Positions 1 through 9,106 of a stretch of DNA of 64,000 nucleotides are shown here, piece after piece. The notes under the pieces were generated by a model. It ran no database searches and was not told where the DNA came from. It saw only the letters and a list, made by a program, of their open reading frames with translations. The translations under genes and the position numbers were made by a program. The stretch's first letter is position 1; every line of letters starts with the position of its first letter. Source of the DNA: an uncultured Lichenihabitans sp. (GTDB taxonomy: Bacteria > Pseudomonadota > Alphaproteobacteria > Rhizobiales > Beijerinckiaceae). The stretch spans positions 7,845-71,844 of the forward strand of contig CAXTME010000006.1 of assembly GCA_964245215.1 (NCBI GenBank). The letters are read 5' to 3'.

Positions 1-2690
1 ATGCGGCTGAAAGCACTGTTCATGCTTTCGATCTGGCCGCGCACGGAGATCTTGTCGGGAGGCGGCAAGGTCTTTTGCGCGTCCGCGACGATCGAAGCGA
101 TGTCCGCCTGGACGGCTCCGAGATCACGGTCCTGCACGCTCGCATAGACGTCGTAAGTCGGCTGCGTGTTGACATGGTTGACGACCGTCTGCTCGAACGT
201 GCGATGCAGGGTCGCTACGCTGCTCAAGAGGTCCAAGGTGCCACTCGTGCTGCTTCCGGTGGTGTTTCCACTCGTCTGTACCAAGAGCGGCGTGTTCTTG
301 AGATCGGTGAAACTGGAATTGCGGTACTCCGGCGTTTGCACCCAGAGCTGATAGGGAATGCCTGATTTAGGATCGGCCCAAAAATTCGGCGTGACCTGAT
401 AACTGCCGGACAGCGAGATGTTCATGGCGCTGGCGATCTGTTGCTCGGTCAGCCCGAGTTCGGAGGCGAGGCGTCGATCGACATCGGCCATGAATTCAGG
501 CGAGTCGGTAATCTGCTGGATATGAACGTCGACCGCGCCGCGCACGTCGCGCAGCTTGGCTTCGATAGCCTTGGCGGCCGCGAGGTCCTTGTCCTGGTTA
601 CGCCCGTTCACCTGGATATCGATCGGCGTGATTGTCCCGAAGTCCAGGATCTGCGTTATCATGTCGGAGGGTTGGAAATAGAACATCGTGTCGGGAAATC
701 GCTGCGGTAGGACTTCGCGTAGCTTCTTCATATAAATGGCAGTAGCCGCATGGCCCTCATTCAGCGAAATCAGCATTTGTCCGTCATTATAGGCCACGAA
801 CGAACCATCGCCGAAGGCAAAATTATAGTTGCTGGACGGTAGCCCGATATTGTCGAGGATCAGACCAAGATCTTTCTTCGGCACCACTTGATGGACAACA
901 TCTTCAACCGCTGCAAAGGTCTGTTCGGCAGTTTCGATCCGTTGGCCCGATCGCGTGCGGATGTGCAGGGTCATGGCACCGGCATCGACTTGCGGGAAAT
1001 AATCCGTGCCGACGAACTCCAGCAAGGCTCCTCCGAGCAACAGGACGCATCCGACCACGATGAAGGTGACCACCTTGTGCGCGATGGCGGCCTGAAGCAG
1101 GCCGAGATAGCCGCCCTGAAACGTCGCGAAGCGTTTTTCGAAACCGGCATGGAGGCGGCCGAAAAACCCCCTGGGCCTGTCGCTCTGACGATGTTCCTTC
1201 TTCTGATCGTATTCTTTGCGGACCAAGACGTCGATGAGAATGGGGACCAGCGTACGCGATAGCAGGTATGAGGCCAGCATCGCGAACACCACCGCCATGG
1301 CCTGGGGCGTGAACAGGAACTTGGGTGCATCGGTCAGGAAGAACACCGACACGAAGGCCGAGCAGATCGCCAGTGTCGAGATCAAGGCCGGCTTGGCGAT
1401 GCCGGCGCCACCCTCGACGACCGAGTCCTTGAACGACTTCCCTTCCTCCATCAATCGATACGTATTCTCGATCGCGACCGTGGCATCGTCGACCAGAATG
1501 CCGACCGCCAGCGCCAAGCCGCCGAGCGTCATGATGTTGATGGTTTCCCCGAGCGCCGTGAGCACCGCGAGCGACGTGAGAATCGCGAGCGGGATCGAGA
1601 CAAGGACGATCAGGGTCGAACGCCACGAGCCGAGGAACATGAGGATCATCGCGCCCGTCAGCCCGGCCGCGATGAGAGCTTCGCGGACAACGTCCGAGAT
1701 CGCCCCCGACACGAAGACCGATTGGTCGAAGATCTGCGTGATCTTCATGTCGGGAGGCGCCGCCGCACGAATCGCGGGCAGGTAACTCTTGACCGTATTG
1801 ACCACCGAGAGCGTGGAGGCCTCGCCGTTCTTCAGGATGGTCATCAGGACCGAATGGCCGCCGTTCGCTCGGACGATATTGAGCTGCGGCGGCGATCCGT
1901 CCCGCACTTGCGCAACATCCCGGATCAGGATCGGCGATCCGTTGACGACCTTGATCGGAACGTCGTTGAGATCGTTGATCACCTGCGGGGAGGCGTTCAG
2001 CCGGACCGGATATTGGATCGTGCCGATTTTGGACAGTCCGGACGGAACGACGATATTTTGCGCGGTGATCGCGTTCGTCACGTCGCTGGGTGTCAACCCG
2101 TGGGCCTGCAGCGCGTTCAGATCGAGGTCGACCATGACCTGACGCGGAGCGCCGCCGTAAGGAGAAGGCAGCGTCGATCCGGGGACCGTCGTCAGGGTCT
2201 GACGGATCCGGTACTGCGCGTAGTCATAGAGCTTCGACTGGCTCTCTTTATCGGATGTGAGGGCTAGCTGGATGACGGGGACCGATGACGCCGAGAACCG
2301 CATGACGACAGGCGGCTGCACGCCGGTCGGCATCACGGCCCGGATGGAGTTCATCGCCGAAACCACCTGGGTGATGGCGAGATCGATGCTGACGTTGCCC
2401 TGGAAATAGATCTTCTCGATCGCGACACCCGGCAGCGTGGTGCTCTCCATCGTCTTGATGTCGTTGACGTTATTGGAGAGAGAAAACTCGCTGTAGGTCG
2501 TGATCCGCTGGGTCATGTCGGTGGTGTCGAGACCCGTGTAGGTCCAGACCACCACGACCACCGGAATATTGACGCTCGGCAACACATCCTTGGGCGCCAC
2601 GACAGACGCACCGATCCCAGCCAGCAGGATCAGAACGCCGAGGACGTAGAACGTGATGCGGTTCTTTAACGCGTAGAGGACGAGGCCCAT
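1..2690 (-). CDS. RND efflux transporter permease (AcrB/CusA family), 3' end truncated by window edge
   Basis: Minus-strand frame from ATG at 2690 (MGLVLYALKNRITFYVLGVLILLAGIG...) is open to base 1. It contains RND motifs (TLGGLALAVGILVDDATVAIENTYR, FPQVDAG). It is absent from the ORF track because there is no stop in the window. Confidence 0.93.
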   Translation of the reverse strand, partial: MGLVLYALKNRITFYVLGVLILLAGIGASVVAPKDVLPSVNIPVVVVVWTYTGLDTTDMTQRITTYSEFSLSNNVNDIKTMESTTLPGVAIEKIYFQGNVSIDLAITQVVSAMNSIRAVMPTGVQPPVVMRFSASSVPVIQLALTSDKESQSKLYDYAQYRIRQTLTTVPGSTLPSPYGGAPRQVMVDLDLNALQAHGLTPSDVTNAITAQNIVVPSGLSKIGTIQYPVRLNASPQVINDLNDVPIKVVNGSPILIRDVAQVRDGSPPQLNIVRANGGHSVLMTILKNGEASTLSVVNTVKSYLPAIRAAAPPDMKITQIFDQSVFVSGAISDVVREALIAAGLTGAMILMFLGSWRSTLIVLVSIPLAILTSLAVLTALGETINIMTLGGLALAVGILVDDATVAIENTYRLMEEGKSFKDSVVEGGAGIAKPALISTLAICSAFVSVFFLTDAPKFLFTPQAMAVVFAMLASYLLSRTLVPILIDVLVRKEYDQKKEHRQSDRPRGFFGRLHAGFEKRFATFQGGYLGLLQAAIAHKVVTFIVVGCVLLLGGALLEFVGTDYFPQVDAGAMTLHIRTRSGQRIETAEQTFAAVEDVVHQVVPKKDLGLILDNIGLPSSNYNFAFGDGSFVAYNDGQMLISLNEGHAATAIYMKKLREVLPQRFPDTMFYFQPSDMITQILDFGTITPIDIQVNGRNQDKDLAAAKAIEAKLRDVRGAVDVHIQQITDSPEFMADVDRRLASELGLTEQQIASAMNISLSGSYQVTPNFWADPKSGIPYQLWVQTPEYRNSSFTDLKNTPLLVQTSGNTTGSSTSGTLDLLSSVATLHRTFEQTVVNHVNTQPTYDVYASVQDRDLGAVQADIASIVADAQKTLPPPDKISVRGQIESMNSAFSR

Positions 2691-2743
2691 TGCGATCTCC
2701 CGCCGCGCTAACGCCGGAGAAGCCGAACCGTTGCCTTGGCGGG

Positions 2744-2770
2744 TCTACATGCCGCACTGCGGGATGTAGA
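2744..2770. promoter_or_regulatory. Near-perfect 27-bp inverted repeat upstream of the RND gene (operator or terminator hairpin)
   Basis: tctacatgccgca-c-tgcgggatgtaga: 13-bp arms with one mismatch, lying between the dusA stop and the RND start. Confidence 0.4.
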
Positions 2771-2892
2771 TGACATCCAATGTAAAATCTCGTTTAAGGC
2801 GCCATCCGAAGCAGGACCCGAATCTTAGACAGAACGAAACCTCGGTAGGCAAGCCTTGCCGGCGTGCTGAGCGAATCATCACTGTCGAGTGC

Positions 2893-3933
2893 TCAAGCCG
2901 CCTGCTCGACCCGGGCCTGCGTAAGGTCGACTTTGGCGAGCGCCTCTTTGACGACATCGAGCCCGGCGCCCGGACGCGAACCCTGCGTCGCAAGATGACG
3001 GCGCCAAGCCCTGGCGCCGGGGCGTCCGACGAACAGACCCAGCAGGTGGCGCGTCATGTCGTGCAACCGCACGCCGGTTTCGAGCTTCCGCGCCATATAG
3101 GCCATGAAGAGTTCCACGGCTTCGACACCGTCCCCGTTCGATAGGGGCACGCCGAAGAAGCGAGCGTCGACGTCGAGTAGCAGTTCGGGGTTCTGGTAGG
3201 CGGCCCGGCCCAGCATGACGCCGTCGACCCGTTCGAGCTGCTCGACCGCCTGATCGTTACTCGCGATGCCACCATTGATCGCGACGAAAAGAGTCGGCCG
3301 CTCGCGCTTCAGCGCATGGACGAGGTCGTAGTCGAGCGGCGGCACATCCCGGTTTTCCTTTGGTGACAGGCCCTGAAGCCACGCCTTCCGGGCGTGCACG
3401 ATGACGCCATCCACTCCCGCCTGCACGATGGCGTCGACGAGGGCGTCGAGCGCCTGGCGTGGGTCCTGGTCATCGACGCCGATGCGGCATTTGACCGTGA
3501 CCGGTACGTCCACCGCAGCTTTCAGCGCCGCGACGCAACGGCCGACGAGTTCGGGTTCCCGCATGAGGCAGGCGCCGAACCTCCCATTCTGCACCCGATC
3601 GGATGGGCAACCGCAGTTCAGGTTGATTTCGTCGTAGCCATAGGCCGAGGCGATCCGCCCCGCCTCGGCGAGTTCCCGAGGGTCGCTGCCGCCGAGTTGA
3701 AGAGCGACCGGATGTTCGGAAGCATCGTGTCCGAGCAGCCGGTCCCGCGGACCATGCAGGATGGCACCGGTCGTCACCATCTCGGTGTAGAGCAGCGCCC
3801 GCCGTGTCAGCAACCGATGAAAGGTCCGGCAGTGCGTATCGGTCCAGTCCATCATGGGCGCGACGGAGTAGCGCGCGCCCGCAGAGACAGCGTCGCGACG
3901 GCTCGATGAAACCTCAGGGTTCGTGGTGGGCAT
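2893..3933 (-). CDS. dusA: tRNA-dihydrouridine(20/20a) synthase DusA
   Basis: YSVAPMMDWTD..CR, EINLNCGCPSDRVQ.GRFGACLM, TVKCRIGVDD, VHARKAWLQGLSPKENR motifs. Start is uncertain (3933 or 3951). Confidence 0.92.
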   Translation of the reverse strand: MPTTNPEVSSSRRDAVSAGARYSVAPMMDWTDTHCRTFHRLLTRRALLYTEMVTTGAILHGPRDRLLGHDASEHPVALQLGGSDPRELAEAGRIASAYGYDEINLNCGCPSDRVQNGRFGACLMREPELVGRCVAALKAAVDVPVTVKCRIGVDDQDPRQALDALVDAIVQAGVDGVIVHARKAWLQGLSPKENRDVPPLDYDLVHALKRERPTLFVAINGGIASNDQAVEQLERVDGVMLGRAAYQNPELLLDVDARFFGVPLSNGDGVEAVELFMAYMARKLETGVRLHDMTRHLLGLFVGRPGARAWRRHLATQGSRPGAGLDVVKEALAKVDLTQARVEQAA

Positions 3934-4082
3934 CGCGGTCAGGCTCGGCATTGCGGTCGACAGACGACATGAATTCGAGATCGCCGCAAGCTTCCGCACG
4001 CAGCCGCATGGCGGACTATCCATAATTATTGTGGGATAATGTCCCACAAGATGGTACGGACGTGCGCCATGAGAGTGTTGCG

Positions 4083-4493
4083 ATGCGTTTCGTGTTGATT
4101 GCGGCGTTGGCATCGGGCCTCTGCGGCTGTGCTACCCTGTCGAGGGGAACGACCGACGAGGTCTCGGTGATCTCGGACCCGGTCGGGGCGCAGGTCACGA
4201 CGTCGTTCGGCAGCCACTGCACCACCCCCTGCTCGCTCGCCGTCGCTCGGGATCAGGTGTTCAGCCTGACGGTCGTCAAGGATGGCTACGCGCCACAGAA
4301 GGTGGACGTCGTCACGCGCCTTTCCAGTGCTGGGCTGGCTGCTGCAACGGAAAACCTCGTCACGGCGGGATTGGGCGCAACGGTCGATGCCGCCACTGGT
4401 GCAACGCTCGAACACGTCCCGAACCCCGTGAACGTGACGCTCGTGGAGCATCGTTCCGCGACGTCAGCCCGCAAACAGCGACATGCGTCCTGA
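4083..4493 (+). CDS. Putative lipoprotein with PEGA-like domain (copy 1)
   Basis: Lipobox ASGLCGC; D.V.V.S.P.GA.V..S.G..CTTPC pattern; paralogous to the next gene. Confidence 0.7.
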   Translation: MRFVLIAALASGLCGCATLSRGTTDEVSVISDPVGAQVTTSFGSHCTTPCSLAVARDQVFSLTVVKDGYAPQKVDVVTRLSSAGLAAATENLVTAGLGATVDAATGATLEHVPNPVNVTLVEHRSATSARKQRHAS

Positions 4494-4902
4494 CACGACC
4501 GCGCCCGACGGCGCAGCAAGCTTCCGGATCATGGTCTTGGCGGCCGTTGCCCTTGCGCTCGGCGGTTGCGCCACCTTCGAGAACGGCGTTATCGACGACG
4601 TTCCGGTTGTGACGATCCCCGCGGGTGCGAGCGTCTCGTCATCGTCGGGTACCATCTGTACATCGCCCTGCGCGGTCTCCGGCGCACGCAAGGAGGACAT
4701 CGGGATCACGATCACCAAGACGGGCTACGTGACCCAGTATGTCACCGCGGCCAGCAAGCCGGGCGCGACGCTGGAGCGCGCTCAGTCGCCGACTTGGACC
4801 ACGGACGCTCTCGGCCGATACATCGACGTTCAGGACGGCGCGCATTTGAAGCACGTGCCCTCGGCCTTCGTGATCAAGCTCGATCCAGAGCCCGCGCCTT
4901 GA
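4483..4902 (+). CDS. Putative lipoprotein with PEGA-like domain (copy 2)
   Basis: Lipobox LALGGC; same CTSPC/K.GY..Q/D...GA.L.HVP pattern as the upstream gene; 11-nt overlap with it. Confidence 0.7.
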   Translation: MRPDTTAPDGAASFRIMVLAAVALALGGCATFENGVIDDVPVVTIPAGASVSSSSGTICTSPCAVSGARKEDIGITITKTGYVTQYVTAASKPGATLERAQSPTWTTDALGRYIDVQDGAHLKHVPSAFVIKLDPEPAP

Positions 4903-4992
4903 CCTCGCGACTTCGAAAAAGAACACGGCCACGCATCTTGCAAACGCGGTCGGATTGAGCCAAAAGCAGCCTCGTCGCGAAGCGGCACGGAC

Positions 4993-5067
4993 GCGGGTGT
5001 AGCTCAGTGGTAGAGCACAACCTTGCCAAGGTTGGGGTCGAGGGTTCGAATCCCTTCGCCCGCTCCA
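4993..5067 (+). tRNA. tRNA-Gly (GCC)
   Basis: gcgggtgtagctcagtggtagagcacaacctt-gcc-aaggttggggtcgagggttcgaatcccttcgcccgctcca; canonical D and T loops and encoded CCA. Confidence 0.97.
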
Positions 5068-5187
5068 GATTTTCAGGAACTGCTGTGCTGGCCTCGCGCC
5101 CGAGTGTTCTCTAGAGATTTCGGTCGAGGCCGGCGCCAAGTCACTCCTGCTCTCGTCAATGGTGACATCCGTCGAAACCGCGCCGCC

Positions 5188-5425
5188 TCATGCAGAGAAG
5201 TTCGTCGAACGAGATAACGTGTCCCATTTGGTCATCTCGTCCCTCATCTGGTCGAGCTTCTGCCCCACGAGGCTCAGCGCATCCTCGCCGAGAAACAGCC
5301 GCGCGGGCGGGTTCTCCGCCTCGACCAGCGTCAGCAAAGCCTGCGCGGCCTTGTCGGGATCGCCGGGTTGGTTACCGCTCCTGTTCTCGCGGCCGGAGCG
5401 GATGGGGTTCATCACGGCATCGTAG
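5188..5425 (-). pseudogene. C-terminal remnant of an SDR oxidoreductase
   Basis: YDAVMNPIRSGRENRSGNQPGDPDKAAQALL...LFLGEDAL...LSRSTNF* is a typical SDR tail. No Rossmann or YxxxK region lies upstream. Confidence 0.75.
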
Positions 5426-5675
5426 GGCCTTGTGGTCGATGGCGCTGGGGGACGGAGAAGGTCTCGAGCCGAGCATGGTCGAGCTGGCGTGCGCGATCCT
5501 GCCGGACCAACTCGCGGTAGCGTTCCGCGGCGTCCTTTCTTTCTGGTCCGCCGGAGAGATCGGCGACCCGACGCTGGGCCTGCGCGCGCGGCAGATCGCG
5601 GCGGCGCTGATGCTGGGCTTCGTGGGCGAGGACGGGAAAACGAAGCTGATGCACGTGCTCCGCGGGGCAGGATAG
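5425..5675 (+). pseudogene. Probable C-terminal remnant of a TetR-like regulator
   Basis: RALWSMALG...VELACAILPDQLAVAFRGVLSFWSAGEI...ARQIAAALMLGFV is a helical, protein-like segment without an N-terminal HTH, abutting the SDR remnant. The family call is tentative. Confidence 0.45.
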
Positions 5676-5879
5676 CGCCCATGCCGGAACCCGGCCGCCC
5701 TGAGACCCGACTGTCGGAGTTCGCCGAGACGATCCGGGCCAGACGATGACTGTACTCCCGGATCTCACCGGTAAGCGGGATGCGGCTTGCCGCGGTTCCG
5801 ACCGCATGGGATCGCGATGTCCAGGGTCGCTGATCCGAGCTTCACCGTCGGGCAAGCGCTCTAAGTCCAGCGCGAGAGT

Positions 5880-6584
5880 TCAGTAGTCGAGCTTCGGATA
5901 CCAGTCGCTTCCGCGCCCACCGGGGGTGAGGTCGAGAATGTTCCAGAGCGGCGTGGGGTCGGGCGCGCCGCGCGGGTCCTGGCCTGGATCCGCGGTTGCC
6001 CCATCGAGTTCGTCGCACCAGAACAGACGTAAGTCGCCCTCGCGCTTCGTGAACACGGCCAGCACCGGCCATTCGCTGCCGTCGACCGCCAGACCCCGAT
6101 AATCACGTGCGAAGTCGTCACTCGTCGTCGCGTAGAACTCGAGGTTGCGCCAACCTCTCTCGCGCTTGAAGGCCAGCTGACGCCCGATCGGGGAACGTCC
6201 GATGATGGCGATCGGCACGCGCTGCTCGATGTCCCGGGCGGGCAGGTCCAGGGAGCCGACGAAGGACGTGCACATCGGGCAGGGCCGCTCGCGCTCCGGC
6301 CCATACATCCAGAAGTAGGTCACGAGCGTATCGCTTTGGCTGAACATCTCCGACAGTCGGACCCGCGCACCGGACTCGGCCGTGAACTCGTAATCCTGCG
6401 CAACCTTGCCGCCGGGCGGAAGGGCGCGCCGCTGGGCCGCCACCCGCTCGATGCGGCGCCGCAGTTCGATCTCCTCCGCAAGCAATGCGGTGCGGGCCGC
6501 GCGATAGGCTGCGCTGTCGTTGGGATAGGGCTTGCTGGCGGAGGCCGCGAGGTCGGCTGCCGGCTTGAGCGCGTGGTCCTGCAT
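5880..6584 (-). CDS. DUF899 family protein (thioredoxin-like)
   Basis: YRAARTALLAEEIELRRRIERVAAQRRALPPG, CPMCTS, PLWNILDLTPGGR motifs; RBS aaggag upstream of ATG 6584. Confidence 0.88.
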   Translation of the reverse strand: MQDHALKPAADLAASASKPYPNDSAAYRAARTALLAEEIELRRRIERVAAQRRALPPGGKVAQDYEFTAESGARVRLSEMFSQSDTLVTYFWMYGPERERPCPMCTSFVGSLDLPARDIEQRVPIAIIGRSPIGRQLAFKRERGWRNLEFYATTSDDFARDYRGLAVDGSEWPVLAVFTKREGDLRLFWCDELDGATADPGQDPRGAPDPTPLWNILDLTPGGRGSDWYPKLDY

Positions 6585-6624
6585 CGAGCTCTCCTTTTCG
6601 TTCGTTGGTGATCGCCCGTTTTGG

Positions 6625-7287
6625 CTAGTGCGGGTCCGATCCGCCGGGAGCGTGGACCGCGAAGGCGGCCATCTGGCTCGCGAGCGCCGCGGCAAAAGCC
6701 GGGCGCGCCTCGCAGCGGCGGCGGTAGGCATCGAGCGTCGGAAACCGCAGGAGCGTACCGGAGTCGACGAGCTCGCGCAGCACCGTCGTCATCATCAGGT
6801 CGCCGGCCGTGAAGCGGGCTTCGAGATGCGGCTTGTCGCCGAGCCACGCCGCGAGGGCCGTCAGCCTTCGGTCCAGCATCGCTTGCGCCTGCGGTCGGCG
6901 TTCGACCGTCCAGGCTTCGCCGGCATGGAAGGCATCGAGAAGGACGAGGTTCTGGACATGCGGTTCGATCGAGTTCAGAGCCGCCAGCACCCAGGTAGTG
7001 ACCCGAGCCCGGCCCGCGGCGTCGCTCGGCGCCAAAGCCTCGGACCGGGCCGCGACATGGAGCACGATGGCGCCCGACTCGAACATCTCCACGTCGTCGT
7101 CGCGAAACGCCGGAACCTGGCCGAACGGTTGCCAGTCGCGGTACTCTGGCGAGACCTGCGTCTCCGGCCCGATCAAGGTAGCCTCATAGGGCAGCCCCGC
7201 TTCTTCGAGCGCCCAACGGACCCGTAGATCGCGGACGTAACCCTGGGCGAAGGGAGGAACCCACTGGAATGCGCTCAATGTGATCAT
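6625..7287 (-). CDS. Glutathione S-transferase family protein
   Basis: RVRWALEEAGLPY, QPFGQVPAF, FESGAIVL, FTAGDLMM motifs. Confidence 0.9.
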   Translation of the reverse strand: MITLSAFQWVPPFAQGYVRDLRVRWALEEAGLPYEATLIGPETQVSPEYRDWQPFGQVPAFRDDDVEMFESGAIVLHVAARSEALAPSDAAGRARVTTWVLAALNSIEPHVQNLVLLDAFHAGEAWTVERRPQAQAMLDRRLTALAAWLGDKPHLEARFTAGDLMMTTVLRELVDSGTLLRFPTLDAYRRRCEARPAFAAALASQMAAFAVHAPGGSDPH

Positions 7288-7316
7288 CGGTCTCTCCTTT
7301 TCCCTTCGGCGGCGCC

Positions 7317-7754
7317 TCAGGCCAGCGCCTGTAGGGCGGTCCTGAGGTCGTGTGCATCGAACGGCAATCCTGCCTCGACCAAGACGTGGGTCGCGCGCCA
7401 GATCGGAACGGCAGCGGCGAGCGTCTCGCGACCCCGGCCGGTCAGGACCAGGAGGCGGCCGCGGCGGTCGTCCGGGTCTGTTTCGATCTCGACATAGCCT
7501 TGCCGTTGGAGGGGCTTCAACGCGGCCGTCAGCGTCGTACGGTCCATCGCCAGCAGTTTCGAGACCGGCCGCATTCCGGGTGGCCGAGGCCGGTTCAGCG
7601 ACATGAGCAATGAGAACTGTCCATTGGTGAGCCCGACCGGCCGCAGTGCCTTATCGAACCGCCGGGCCAGTGCCCGGGCGGCGCGCTGCGTGGAGAGGCA
7701 GAGGCAGGTGTCACGCACCTCCAGGGTGGTTTCGAAAGGAACCAAGACCGACAT
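7317..7754 (-). CDS. MarR family transcriptional regulator
   Basis: CLCLSTQRAARALARRFDKALRPVGLTNGQFSLL...MDRTTLTAALKPL...DRRGRLLVLT winged helix. Confidence 0.9.
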   Translation of the reverse strand: MSVLVPFETTLEVRDTCLCLSTQRAARALARRFDKALRPVGLTNGQFSLLMSLNRPRPPGMRPVSKLLAMDRTTLTAALKPLQRQGYVEIETDPDDRRGRLLVLTGRGRETLAAAVPIWRATHVLVEAGLPFDAHDLRTALQALA

Positions 7755-7762
7755 CGTATTAT

Positions 7763-7774
7763 GTTGATATCAAC
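7763..7774. promoter_or_regulatory. Perfect 12-bp palindrome GTTGATATCAAC, likely MarR autoregulatory operator
   Basis: Located 9 nt upstream of the marR start codon. Confidence 0.5.
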
Positions 7775-7876
7775 CTTCGTAGTGGTTGACAAGGACTGCG
7801 CCGCGAAGTTCGACGGCTTGCCCCGGGACTCACCAGGGCTGGAGAGGAGTGGCACGCCGCACAGCCGACGCCGCCG

Positions 7877-9106
7877 TCAAGGCGCCCGGGAAGGGACCTC
7901 GATCGCGTAGAACGGCCCCTCGAGATGGGCGACACCCGGGATTCCCCTACCCTCCAGGACGACCGCGATCCGTTTGCCGAGGAAGAAAGGCGCACCCCAG
8001 ACGAAAGCGCGTGATGCCGGTCTCGCCGCGACCGCGATCTCGGCCGAGGCGCCGAACCCGCGCTGCCGGATGTGCCGGTAGTCGCCGACCCGGAAAGACG
8101 TCACGTTGCGGGCGCCGTCCCGCCCCAGCATGGCAGCGTCGCGCGTGACCGCCGGGGCGGCGCAAAACGCCCACGGCAGGGCCGGGCAGCGCGGCAAAGC
8201 ATCATCCGGAACGATGAAGGTCTCGGTGCCGCTGTCGATGTAACTGTCCGGATACTCCCGACCGCCGTAAAGCGTCGTGAAGCGGCCCCGTTCGTCGAGT
8301 TTCACGATGGCTGCGGAGTCGAAACGACCGTGGTCGGTCTCCACGCCGATCGTCAGCGTACCGACGCTGTCGAGCGAGCCTTCGCCCGCCGCATCGGGCA
8401 GGTCGAACACCACGCCATTGTCATGCCGGTCGAAGAAGGCGATCGGGTTCGGCAGCCGGTAGGCCTCCCCGACGCGCCCTTCGAGCGGATCGCAGTGGCC
8501 CCTCTTGCAATCGAAATAGATCGGATCGGCTTCGGATTGCCGGCACTCGCCCTCGCAGTCCGTCAGATGAGTTCCGATGCCGAGCGTGCCGTTCGAGGTA
8601 GGATCGACCTCCGAGCGTGGGCACGATGCGGGCTGCGCCGCCGCCATATCGCCGATGATCTGGATCGGGAGACCCGAGGCCATCAGGCCGCCGATGCGCA
8701 GGTCGACCCGCTCGAGCGGCCCCCAGGCGTCGTCACCGACAAAGCGCAGGCATTCGGCGAGAGGCTCGTGGCCTGGCCCGAGAACAGCCGGCAACCGGAG
8801 CCAGGACGGAACCGCGGAGGCTTCGAGCCGCAGACCCGTCGACCCGGTGTCGATCATCACGTCGTCGATCGTCGCGCAGCTTCGGGTGCCCGGCACGCAG
8901 ACCGAGACCTGAACCACCATGCGGTTGAACCCCGCGTGCGGGGTCCGCACCGTCAGTTTGACGACATTCGGGGCTTCGGCCGGTTCGCCCGGGCGCGCCG
9001 CCGGAGCCGCAAGGCCGGCCGCCGATCCGAAGGCGAGCCAAGCGACGGCGAGGAGCCCTCGCAGCCGCTTTCTAAAGCTCGATCCTGGTTCCGAGCTCGA
9101 CCACAT
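7877..9106 (-). CDS. DUF3443 family exported protein with pepsin-like aspartic protease motifs
   Basis: Signal peptide; VSVCVPGT..C.TID.V.IDTGSTGLR; LPNPIAFF..HDNG; second lobe IDSGT; VWGAPFFLG. Start is uncertain and overlaps the kup stop. Confidence 0.8.
   Translation of the reverse strand: MWSSSEPGSSFRKRLRGLLAVAWLAFGSAAGLAAPAARPGEPAEAPNVVKLTVRTPHAGFNRMVVQVSVCVPGTRSCATIDDVMIDTGSTGLRLEASAVPSWLRLPAVLGPGHEPLAECLRFVGDDAWGPLERVDLRIGGLMASGLPIQIIGDMAAAQPASCPRSEVDPTSNGTLGIGTHLTDCEGECRQSEADPIYFDCKRGHCDPLEGRVGEAYRLPNPIAFFDRHDNGVVFDLPDAAGEGSLDSVGTLTIGVETDHGRFDSAAIVKLDERGRFTTLYGGREYPDSYIDSGTETFIVPDDALPRCPALPWAFCAAPAVTRDAAMLGRDGARNVTSFRVGDYRHIRQRGFGASAEIAVAARPASRAFVWGAPFFLGKRIAVVLEGRGIPGVAHLEGPFYAIEVPSRAP

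Noticed and set aside
75-2267. Several plus-strand ORFs (e.g. 1216..1785, 1722..2267) and 904..1626 minus
   Set aside because: Shadow frames of the RND permease, which is open on the minus strand from 2690 to the window edge.
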